Positions 18,672-26,511 of a DNA stretch of 64,000 bases are shown one piece after another. The translations under genes and the position numbers were made by a program. The notes under the pieces are model-generated. The model searched no databases and was not told the origin of the DNA. It saw only the letters and a program-made list of their open reading frames with translations. The first letter of the stretch is position 1, and the number at the start of each line of letters is the position of its first letter. Source of the stretch: Oscillospiraceae bacterium (GTDB lineage Bacteria > Bacillota > Clostridia > Oscillospirales > Oscillospiraceae); assembly GCA_017416445.1 (NCBI GenBank), contig JAFQCJ010000019.1, positions 13,442-77,441 of the forward strand. The letters run 5' to 3'.

Positions 18672-20012
18672 TCAGGCGTTCTTCTTGCCACGGAAGAAGG
18701 CACCGATGATCATAACCACCACGAAGACGATGAGGTAGAACACGACATTCATCTTGTGGGAGTAGATAGCGGCGAAGACCATGAACAGGGAGCAGATGGT
18801 AGCCAGAGTGGGCATCACGCTGCGCTTGAAGCCAGACAGGGTCTTCTGCTTCATCAGGGCGAAGTAGATGGGGATGTACATAGCGTACAGGGTGATGATG
18901 GGCAGCTCGGAAGAGTCGAAGCAGAAGGGGCCGAACCAGTTGCCCATCAGGCAGCCGCCGTAGAAGTACACCAGCCACAGGATGGAGATGAACAGGCCGA
19001 ACACGGCGGAGTTGGTAGGCATGCCGGTGTTGGGGTCAACATTCTTGAACATAGCCAGCTTGGAGCTGCTGCTCTCCTCAGCCAGATCGTACAGACCGCG
19101 GGTAACAGCCATGGTCAGGCCGTTCAGAGTGCCCCAGCAGGAGATAACGACGAAGGCAAAGATAGCCACGCCACCAAACTTACCAAAGACATTGGTGAAG
19201 GCGATCTTGGCACCGGCCTCACCGCCAGCCATCATGGTAGCGCTGTCAACAGCACCGGCCAGACCGATGTAGTAGACGACATAGACGATGGCAACGATGA
19301 TGGTACCGATCAGCAGAGCCTTGGGCAGGTTGCGCTTGGCATCCTTCAGCTCCTTGCCGATGGAGGTGGCGCAGATCCAGCCCTCGAAAGCGAAGGCCAG
19401 AGCCACGATGGCACCAAACAGACCCTCGGAGAAGGGCAGCTCGTTGACCACGGTGGTGAAGTTCTGGACGGTCATGCCGTTGCTCAGACCCACGATGGTG
19501 CCGACGATAGCCATCAGGAACAGGGGGATCAGCTTGATGATGGTGGTGGAGATCTGGAACTTACCGGCCAGCTTGGGGGCCAGAGCGTTCATGGCGTAGG
19601 TGACGATCAGGAAGGCACCGGCCAGCACCATGGTGCGGCCGCCAACCACTGCGTCTTCCCAGCCCAGCAGCACGCCGAAGTAACGGGCGGGCAGCCAGCT
19701 CAGAACGGACACCAGGGAGGGATAATAGATGATAGCCATGAACCAGCCGATATAATAGCTGTAGGTCTTGCCGCAGGCTGCCTTGGAGAAGCCCACCAGA
19801 CCGTCCACGCCGTCGTAATGGCCGGACACGATGCCGAAGGTGTAGGCAGAGATGATCATGACCACACCCATGATGATGAATGCAAGGATACCTGCGATCA
19901 TGTTGCCGCCGGTACGGTTCAGGACGGACTCAGCCTTAAAGAAGATGCCGGAGCCGATGACGGTACCGATGACCATAGCGATCGCTACGGGCAAACCGTA
20001 TCTTTTTTCCAT
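18672..20012 (-). CDS. APC-superfamily amino acid permease
   Basis: GTVIGSGIFF (TM1), FAFEGW (TM6), KRNLPKAL; about 12 TMs. Promoter TTGCAA-17-TATACT at 20105-20077. Confidence 0.9.
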   Translation of the reverse strand: MEKRYGLPVAIAMVIGTVIGSGIFFKAESVLNRTGGNMIAGILAFIIMGVVMIISAYTFGIVSGHYDGVDGLVGFSKAACGKTYSYYIGWFMAIIYYPSLVSVLSWLPARYFGVLLGWEDAVVGGRTMVLAGAFLIVTYAMNALAPKLAGKFQISTTIIKLIPLFLMAIVGTIVGLSNGMTVQNFTTVVNELPFSEGLFGAIVALAFAFEGWICATSIGKELKDAKRNLPKALLIGTIIVAIVYVVYYIGLAGAVDSATMMAGGEAGAKIAFTNVFGKFGGVAIFAFVVISCWGTLNGLTMAVTRGLYDLAEESSSSKLAMFKNVDPNTGMPTNSAVFGLFISILWLVYFYGGCLMGNWFGPFCFDSSELPIITLYAMYIPIYFALMKQKTLSGFKRSVMPTLATICSLFMVFAAIYSHKMNVVFYLIVFVVVMIIGAFFRGKKNA

Positions 20013-20282
20013 AGTTGTTAATCCTTTCTCACTTTCCTATTGTTGATTGTTTGCTTTTTCACAATCTAACACAGATAGTATACTACTCCTAAAATTTCCT
20101 TGCAAGCAAATTTTTGTGGTAATTTGCGAGAAAAAACACCCCTCGTTTCGTCTATTTCGACAGATACGCACATTTTGTCAAACTCCCGCACTTTTCTTCT
20201 AAAGAAACTTTTCTCCGCTTTTTTTGGAAAACCCGCTGCCTCTCTTTTCCCTTTTCTTAAAACACACCCCTAAACGAAACAG

Positions 20283-20367
20283 AAAAACCGCACCGAACTT
20301 GGTGCGGTTTTTTGATTTTAACAGAAATCACACATTAAAACGGAAGTTGGTAATATCGCCGTCCTGC
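20283..20367. repeat. 85-bp direct repeat, copy 1: displaced ychF 3' end plus terminator
   Basis: Identical by eye to 22336-22420 (aaaaaccgcaccgaacttggtgcggttttttg...gtaatatcgccgtcctgc). Confidence 0.95.
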
Positions 20368-20478
20368 GTAGCGCGTTTCTTGATATCGTTTGAAAAAAAC
20401 ATTAAAGTCCCAGTTTATGTGATATGCTATTCTAAAAAGGTAGTTATCAAGTGCAGAGAGAAAGGAGGATGCAACCAC

Positions 20479-21033
20479 ATGGATGACAGAGAAATCATAG
20501 CCCTGTTTTACGAGCGCTCAGAACAGGCAATCGGAGAAGTATCCAAAAAATATGGCGACCTGTGTTTCAAAATCGCCATCAACATTTTAAACGATGCCCA
20601 AGACGCAGAAGAATGTGTCAACGATGCCTATCTCGGCGCATGGAACAGCATTCCCCCTCAGAACCCCGCGCCCCTCAGATCCTATCTCTGCCGCATCGTC
20701 CGCAACCTCGCATTGAAAAAACTCCGCACTAACACTGCGCTGAAAAGAGGCAGTCAGTTGGAGGTCTCGCTGTCCGAGTTGGAAAACTGCATCCCCGACA
20801 ACTCCTTTGATGAACATCTCTCTGCGAAAGAACTGACAGAGCAACTCAACGCCTTTCTCTCCACTTTGCCCCGTGATGACAGAGTGATGTTCCTCAAGCG
20901 CTACTGGTTTGCAGAGCCGTTGTCGGAGATCGCCAAGACCTTTGGCATCACCGAACATAATGCATCGGTGCGGCTCAGCAGAATCCGCAAAAAACTGCAT
21001 CAATACCTGAAAAGCAAGGAGGTATTTTTATGA
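20479..21033 (+). CDS. ECF (sigma-70 group 4) RNA polymerase sigma factor
   Basis: MDDREIIALF, DAEECVND.YL..W, YL.RIVRN.AL (region 2); FLKRYWF...SEIA.....VRLSRIRKKL (region 4). AGGAGG RBS. Confidence 0.93.
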   Translation: MDDREIIALFYERSEQAIGEVSKKYGDLCFKIAINILNDAQDAEECVNDAYLGAWNSIPPQNPAPLRSYLCRIVRNLALKKLRTNTALKRGSQLEVSLSELENCIPDNSFDEHLSAKELTEQLNAFLSTLPRDDRVMFLKRYWFAEPLSEIAKTFGITEHNASVRLSRIRKKLHQYLKSKEVFL

Positions 21034-22328
21034 CGGAATACAGAATAGATGCTCTGTCCTCGGCGATTGGAAATATTGACACGGCGTATTTGGAAGAAGC
21101 CCTCGCCTTTGAGGTGAAAGCAACTCGCACGAAAAGATCTGTCCGCTTCCCCAAATTATCTGCCGCCTGCGTGGCCCTTTTCCTCATTTTAGGCGTTTCG
21201 GCCACCGCCTTTGCCATCAGCAGGATCCCGTTGTCGTGGCGCGACATTTTTTCTCCCAGTCAGACGGTGATCGGTGATGAGGATGAAGAACCTGTCATCT
21301 CCCAACAGCAGGCCGCGGCCACAGAGGAACTGCAGATCAAGGCGGAGAAGGTAATTTCTGACGAGCGAACGCTATATCTTCTCTATTCTGTAAAGGCCAA
21401 TGATGGCGCTGTTCTTGATCAAAAGGGCCACTTTTCCGACTTTGCGCTATATCTCCCCGGTCAAATGATGTCCGGCGCTTACGCGTCGTACTTTCTGGAG
21501 CGAAAGGACGGTGTACCCGAGAACGAACTAGAGGGCGTTGTATACGCCGACTGGCAACCGGACGACAGCGCCAACGGCCTTGTGATGACCTTCTCAAACT
21601 GGCAGGAAGAGGCGTGGTTTGATGATGCAAAGGTAGACTTCAACATAGCAGAATTGATGGCAAATCCCGGTGATGCAGAGATTCCTCTCCCCTATGGCGG
21701 CATATCCCTCTGCGGTGTCGACTGGGAGGGCGGTGTCCTTCGGTTGACAATGAAAGGGCCACGAGATGTCGGAGAATGGTCATTGGGGCGACACTGGTAT
21801 TTTATCGATACCCGCACCGACACGGTCATCTATCCGGAACAGCGTGCCGACTATTATCAGCCGGATGAGATTGATTCCGGCATATGCTATTTCCGAAATT
21901 ATGTACCCGTTGACAAGAAAACCCTCCCCTACTTGGAAATGCACTGGGGTGGAAAGGAAGTCTCTACCACCGTCCTTGCGGGAGAATGGCTGGTCACACT
22001 GGACGAAACACCCATCACCGTACAGAGCGAACTGCTGGCAGAGAATGTCCCCCTGTCCTATCATGGCGAGGAGCTTTTGGCCGAAAAAGTCGAGTGTTCC
22101 AAGCTATCCATGGCGGTGTATTTCGCCGACTATGTCGATTCTACCACCGGTATTCTCGGCGCGTTGAAGATTTTCGACGCAAAGGGCGATGCCGTTCCCT
22201 GCGACTGGGGATTTACCGCTGATCAGACGGACGACAGCTGCATGATTTGGACACGATTCAGTGAGCCTATTGAACCCGAAACCATCTGCAAACTAACATT
22301 CAATGGAGACACGATATTCACCCGATAA
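21030..22328 (+). CDS. Putative membrane-anchored anti-sigma factor (DUF4179-like) with a large extracytoplasmic domain
   Basis: ATGA coupling to the ECF gene; N-terminal AIGNIDTAYLEEA motif; one TM (LSAACVALFLILGVSATAFAI); acidic beta-rich C-terminal region. Confidence 0.7.
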   Translation: MTEYRIDALSSAIGNIDTAYLEEALAFEVKATRTKRSVRFPKLSAACVALFLILGVSATAFAISRIPLSWRDIFSPSQTVIGDEDEEPVISQQQAAATEELQIKAEKVISDERTLYLLYSVKANDGAVLDQKGHFSDFALYLPGQMMSGAYASYFLERKDGVPENELEGVVYADWQPDDSANGLVMTFSNWQEEAWFDDAKVDFNIAELMANPGDAEIPLPYGGISLCGVDWEGGVLRLTMKGPRDVGEWSLGRHWYFIDTRTDTVIYPEQRADYYQPDEIDSGICYFRNYVPVDKKTLPYLEMHWGGKEVSTTVLAGEWLVTLDETPITVQSELLAENVPLSYHGEELLAEKVECSKLSMAVYFADYVDSTTGILGALKIFDAKGDAVPCDWGFTADQTDDSCMIWTRFSEPIEPETICKLTFNGDTIFTR

Positions 22329-22335
22329 ACATAAC

Positions 22336-22420
22336 AAAAACCGCACCGAACTTGGTGCGGTTTTTTGATTTTAACAGAAATCACACATTAAAACGGAAGT
22401 TGGTAATATCGCCGTCCTGC
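22336..22420. repeat. 85-bp direct repeat, copy 2: last 40 nt of ychF plus bidirectional terminator
   Basis: Hairpin aaaaaccgcacc-gaactt-ggtgcggttttt at 22336-22365 and codons for QDGDITNFRFNV*. Confidence 0.95.
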
Positions 22421-23454
22421 ATGACATACTCCTTACCCTCGAGGCGGAACAGCCCCTTCTCCTTGGCGGCTGCCATAGTGCCGCAGGCCTTCAGATCCTC
22501 GAAAGCAATGACCTCGGCGCGGATGAAACCGCGCTCAATGTCGGAGTGGATCTTGCCGGCGGCGCGAGGAGCCTTAGTGCCGCGAACGATGGTCCAGGCG
22601 TGGACATCATCCTCGCCGGCGGTAAGGAAGGAGATATATCCCAGAAGGTCATAGCTGGTGGTAATGAGGCGGGCAAGACCGGTCTCGGTAAGACCCAAGT
22701 CCTCCATAAACATGGCAGCCTCTTCCTCGTCCATCTCGGCGATATCCTCTTCAAACTTGGCAGCCACAGGCAGCACAGCGGCCCCCTGCGCCTCTGCCAG
22801 TGCCTTCAGCGCCACGAAGTTGGGATTGCTCTCATAGTTCGCCATGTCCGTCTCACTGAGGTTGGCGGCGTAGATGACGGGCTTGACCGTCAGCAGTCCC
22901 CCGTCGATCAAAATGTCCTTATCCTCTTCGGTGAACTGGAAGGTACGGGCAGGCTTACCATCGGAGAGATGGGCAATCAGCTCGGTGCACATCTCCACCT
23001 CACGCTTGGCCTTCTTATCGCCGCTCTTGGCGTTCTTCTTGGCCCGCTCCAGTCGGCGCTCCACCAGCTCCATGTCTGCCAGCACCATCTCCAGATCAAA
23101 GGTCTCGGCATCCCGGGCAGCATCGGCAGGCTCTAAAAAGATGGTCTCGTCATCGAAGCAGCGCACCACCTGCACCAGTGCATCGGTCTGGCGAATGGCC
23201 TGAAAAACCTCGTTGCCCTTGCCGCCCTTTGCCACACCTGCCACATCCACAAAGTCGATGGTGGCGGGGCTGTACTTCTTGGGATGATAGTACTCCGCCA
23301 GCCAGTCGAGGCGCGCATCGGGCACCTTGGCAGAGCCCATATTGGGCTTGGCAGCGGCGTTGGTATAGGCGCCGGTCTCGGCCTTGGCACCGGTAAGGGC
23401 ATTAAACAGGGTACTCTTGCCCACATTGGGCAGACCCACGATACCTAATTTCAT
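22381..23454 (-). CDS. ychF: YchF/OLA1-family P-loop NTPase with a divergent G-domain
   Basis: GIVGLPNVGKSTLFNALT, FVDVAG, VVRCF, and TGS domain AAGKIHSDIERGFIRAEV...RLEGKEYVMQDGD. Switch regions are atypical (see findings). Confidence 0.85.
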   Translation of the reverse strand: MKLGIVGLPNVGKSTLFNALTGAKAETGAYTNAAAKPNMGSAKVPDARLDWLAEYYHPKKYSPATIDFVDVAGVAKGGKGNEVFQAIRQTDALVQVVRCFDDETIFLEPADAARDAETFDLEMVLADMELVERRLERAKKNAKSGDKKAKREVEMCTELIAHLSDGKPARTFQFTEEDKDILIDGGLLTVKPVIYAANLSETDMANYESNPNFVALKALAEAQGAAVLPVAAKFEEDIAEMDEEEAAMFMEDLGLTETGLARLITTSYDLLGYISFLTAGEDDVHAWTIVRGTKAPRAAGKIHSDIERGFIRAEVIAFEDLKACGTMAAAKEKGLFRLEGKEYVMQDGDITNFRFNV

Positions 23455-23583
23455 AAAGGATATCCTCCTAATCGTTTCTGACAAAATATTGTATCATCTT
23501 TATACCGAAAGCGCAAGAGCGGAAACGGTATATTGCAATTTCACCACCATTAGGGTATAGTATTGCCACAAGGAGGTGGTGCT

Positions 23584-24324
23584 TTGGAGACAAAAAAGCC
23601 TTTTGAACTGACCTCGGCGGCACTGCATATTATCGCCATGGCTTTCATGCTGTGCGACCATCTCTGGGCCACCGTAGTCCCCGGCAACGACTGGCTCACC
23701 TGTGTGGGGCGTCTGGCCTATCCCCTCTTTGCCTTTATGACGGTAGAGGGTTATTTTCACACAAAGAATTTCAAAAAATATATGCTGCGGCTTCTTTTCT
23801 TCGCCGTACTCTCTGAGCTGCCCTTTAACCTGATGGCAGGCGGAAGCCTCTTCTACCCCATCCATCAAAATGTCCTGTGGACTTTCCTCATTGCACTGCT
23901 GATGGTTCACTGGAACCATCAGACAAAGGACAAAGCTGTGTGGCAGCGGCTGGCGGTGGCAGCAGCAAGCCTTATCATTGGCGGTTTGGCAGGTCTTCTT
24001 ACCATGGTGGACTATCACCACGGCGGTGTGCTGATGGTGCTGGTGTTCTACTTCTTCCGTGGAAAGAAGTGGTGGTGCTATGCAGGACAGGTACTGTGCC
24101 TGTGGTATATCAATGCCGAGATGCTGGGCGGTTTTGGCTACGAGCTGTTTTTGTTCGGTCAGCGATTCTTCCTGGCCCGTCAGACGCTGGCGCTGCTGGC
24201 TCTCCCTTTTATCTGGCTCTATCGCGGCAGGCGCGGCCATCACTCCCGTGTGTTTCAATACTGCTGCTATGCCTTTTACCCCGCCCATTTACTGGTGCTG
24301 TGGGCGCTGGGAAGGGTGCTGTAA
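23584..24324 (+). CDS. TraX-family membrane protein (putative acyltransferase)
   Basis: LHIIAMAFMLCDH, GRLAYPLFAF..VEGYFHT, SELPFNL, QNVLWT, YAFYPAHL. TTG start with AGGAGG RBS. Confidence 0.85.
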   Translation: METKKPFELTSAALHIIAMAFMLCDHLWATVVPGNDWLTCVGRLAYPLFAFMTVEGYFHTKNFKKYMLRLLFFAVLSELPFNLMAGGSLFYPIHQNVLWTFLIALLMVHWNHQTKDKAVWQRLAVAAASLIIGGLAGLLTMVDYHHGGVLMVLVFYFFRGKKWWCYAGQVLCLWYINAEMLGGFGYELFLFGQRFFLARQTLALLALPFIWLYRGRRGHHSRVFQYCCYAFYPAHLLVLWALGRVL

Positions 24325-24330
24325 TATGAC

Positions 24331-24363
24331 AAAAATCCCCCGACGGACTTGTCGGGGGATTTT
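24331..24363. terminator. Bidirectional terminator between traX and proS
   Basis: aaaatcccccgac-ggactt-gtcgggggatttt. Confidence 0.85.
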
Positions 24364-24387
24364 GTTATGCACTTTTTTGCGCTGCGA

Positions 24388-25827
24388 TCAATACGCCACG
24401 CCCCAGTAGATATCGGTCTCGCACTCCTTGCCGCAGACCACACACTTGCCCACATTGCGGCGCTGCTGCAGAGGCATGCAGCGGCTAGACACACCGGCCT
24501 TCTCCTTCATGGCCAGTTCGCACTCCAGGCTGCCGCACCACTTGGTACGGGCAAAGCCGCCCTTGCCCTCGGCCATGGCCTTAACCTCTTCCCAGGAGGT
24601 CATGTCGAAGCAGTTGTCATTCAGGTTCTTCTCTGCCATGGCGTAGAGGTTCTCGTGGATGTCCTTGAGCATCTTCTCCACGGCGCTCTCCAGCTCATCC
24701 AGAGGCACGAAGGTCTTCTCACCGGTATCGCGGCGGGCGAAGCAGCACTGACCCTTCTCCATATCCTTGGGGCCGATCTCCACACGCAGAGGCACACCCT
24801 TCATCTCGTACTGGGCGAACTTCCAGCCGGGGGACTGATCGGAATCATCCAGCACAGCACGAACACCGGCGGCCACCAGACGATCCTTCAGCTCGCGGGC
24901 GGCATCCAGCACGCCCTCCTTATGCTGAGCAATCGGTACGATGACCACCTGCATGGGGGCAATGACGGGGGGCAGCACCAGACCGTGGTTATCGGAATGG
25001 GTCATGATGATAGCACCGATGAGACGGGTAGAAGCACCCCAAGAGGTCTGGAAGGGGTACTGCAGGGTGTTGTCGCGGCCGGCGAAGGTCACATCGTAGG
25101 CACGGGAGAACTTGTCGCCGAAGAAATGGCTGGTGCCGGACTGGAGGGCCTTGCGGTCCTTCATCATGCACTCAATGGTGTAGGTAGCCTCAGCACCGGC
25201 AAACTTCTCCTTATCGGTCTTGCGGCCCTTCACCACAGGCATAGCCAGTGCGTTGCGGCAGACATCGGCGTAGCAGTTCAGCTGCTGCTCGGTCTCGGCC
25301 TCGGCCTCTTCCTTGGTCTCATGGATGGTGTGACCCTCCTGCCACCAGAACTCGCGGGAACGGAGGAAGGGGCGGGTAGTCTTTTCCCAGCGGATGACGG
25401 AGCACCACTGATTATACAGCATGGGCAGCTCGCGCCAGGAGTGGAGCACATGGGACCAGTGGTCGCAGAACATGGTCTCGGAGGTGGGACGGAAGGCCAG
25501 ACGCTCCTCCAGCTTCTCGCTGCCGCCGTGGGTAATCCAAGCCACCTCGGGGGCGAATCCCTCCACCAGTTCGCCCTCCTTCTTCAGCAGGCTCTCGGGG
25601 ATGAGGACGGGCATTGCAACATTCACATGACCCGTCTTTTTAAACTCGTTATCCATGTACTTCTGGATGTTCTCCCAAATGGCATAGCCATAGGGGCGCA
25701 GGATCAAAAAGCCCTTCACGCTGGCGTAGTCCACCAGCTCGGCCTTCAGGCAAATATCGGTGTACCATTTCGCGAAGTCCACCTCCATGGGGGTGATCGC
25801 TTCCACATTTCTCTGGTCTTTAGCCAT
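24388..25827 (-). CDS. proS: Prolyl-tRNA synthetase, archaeal/eukaryotic type (no INS editing domain)
   Basis: EGFAPEVAW, RPTSET, RWEK.TRPFLRSREF.WQEGHT, ALQSGTSH, TSWGASTR; C-terminal Zn-binding Cys and terminal AY. Promoter TTGACA-17-TACAAT upstream. Confidence 0.96.
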   Translation of the reverse strand: MAKDQRNVEAITPMEVDFAKWYTDICLKAELVDYASVKGFLILRPYGYAIWENIQKYMDNEFKKTGHVNVAMPVLIPESLLKKEGELVEGFAPEVAWITHGGSEKLEERLAFRPTSETMFCDHWSHVLHSWRELPMLYNQWCSVIRWEKTTRPFLRSREFWWQEGHTIHETKEEAEAETEQQLNCYADVCRNALAMPVVKGRKTDKEKFAGAEATYTIECMMKDRKALQSGTSHFFGDKFSRAYDVTFAGRDNTLQYPFQTSWGASTRLIGAIIMTHSDNHGLVLPPVIAPMQVVIVPIAQHKEGVLDAARELKDRLVAAGVRAVLDDSDQSPGWKFAQYEMKGVPLRVEIGPKDMEKGQCCFARRDTGEKTFVPLDELESAVEKMLKDIHENLYAMAEKNLNDNCFDMTSWEEVKAMAEGKGGFARTKWCGSLECELAMKEKAGVSSRCMPLQQRRNVGKCVVCGKECETDIYWGVAY

Positions 25828-25967
25828 AGGAATACCTCTTCTCTCGCGGAAAATCCGCGTTATTCTCAACTTTTTTATTGTACCGATTACCCTACTTTTT
25901 GTCAAGGTCTTTGGAGAACAAGAAAAAAAGAAACTGCCCGTAGGCAGTTTCTTTTTTCTTGTGTTGT

Positions 25968-26411
25968 TTACTCGCCCATGGCGGCGCCGCACTCGGGGCA
26001 GAAGCGGCTGTTGCTGGGAGTACCGCAGGCGGGGCAGGCCTTCAGCTCGGGAACGGCCTCAGGTTCCACCACGGGGGCAGCCTCTTCAGAGACGAACTCC
26101 ACGGTGATCTCATCCTCCACCAGGGATGCCTCCAGCTCGGCGATCTTGGCACGGCCTGCCTCAATGGCAGCCACCACATCCTTCACCGCATCAGGCATCT
26201 CGCCGGTATACTCTGCGCAGAACCACTGGCCGATGGCACAATAGTTCTTCTCCATCTCACGCTCCTCAGCCTTGATGGCCATACGGGTCTGAGCGGTCTC
26301 CTTTACATCCTTTGCCTTGTCAGCGGCCAGTTCAGCCACATCTTTTGCCTTCTCGGCGGCGACAGCAGCGTACTTTTTTGCCTTATCGGCGATTCCATCA
26401 AAAAATGCCAT
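25968..26411 (-). CDS. Hypothetical coiled-coil protein with C-terminal zinc ribbon
   Basis: N-terminal 11-mer A/K repeats; CPACG...FCPECG. AAAGGAG RBS; own promoter TTGCAA-17-TATAAT and downstream terminator (about 25921-25959). Confidence 0.75.
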   Translation of the reverse strand: MAFFDGIADKAKKYAAVAAEKAKDVAELAADKAKDVKETAQTRMAIKAEEREMEKNYCAIGQWFCAEYTGEMPDAVKDVVAAIEAGRAKIAELEASLVEDEITVEFVSEEAAPVVEPEAVPELKACPACGTPSNSRFCPECGAAMGE

Positions 26412-26511
26412 AGAGTTTCTCCTTTCTTCTTATGGGCTTGCGCTTTATGGGTGCATTATATCGTTTCACATATGGTTTTGCAAGGGTCTTGGAACGAAAT
26501 TTACAGATTGT

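Larger units (their letters stand above)
20283..22420. mobile_element. Integrase-less genomic islet at the 3' end of ychF (ECF sigma plus anti-sigma)
   Basis: Two genes antisense to the surrounding genes, flanked by an exact 85-bp duplication of the ychF terminus. No recombinase inside. Confidence 0.65.

Noticed and set aside
20300-20313. GTGCGGT resembling the Pasteurellaceae uptake signal
   Set aside because: Not the full AAGTGCGGT, explained by a terminator stem, and the host appears to be a Firmicute.
20224-20478. 85-aa N-terminal extension of the ECF sigma ORF
   Set aside because: It reads through the repeat and terminator. The real start is the ATG at 20479 with an AGGAGG RBS.
20283-22420. 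Possible CRISPR, integron or IS interpretation of the repeat
   Set aside because: Only two copies 2 kb apart, derived from ychF; no cas, integrase or transposase gene and no terminal inverted repeats.
22352-22654. ORF sharing the peptide VRFFDFNRNHTLKRKLVISPSC with the 20224 ORF
   Set aside because: This is only the antisense translation of the 85-bp repeat. It is a clue to the duplication, not a gene.
25828-25960. T-box upstream of proS
   Set aside because: The promoter lies about 50 nt from the start codon and no GGTGGNACC motif is present.
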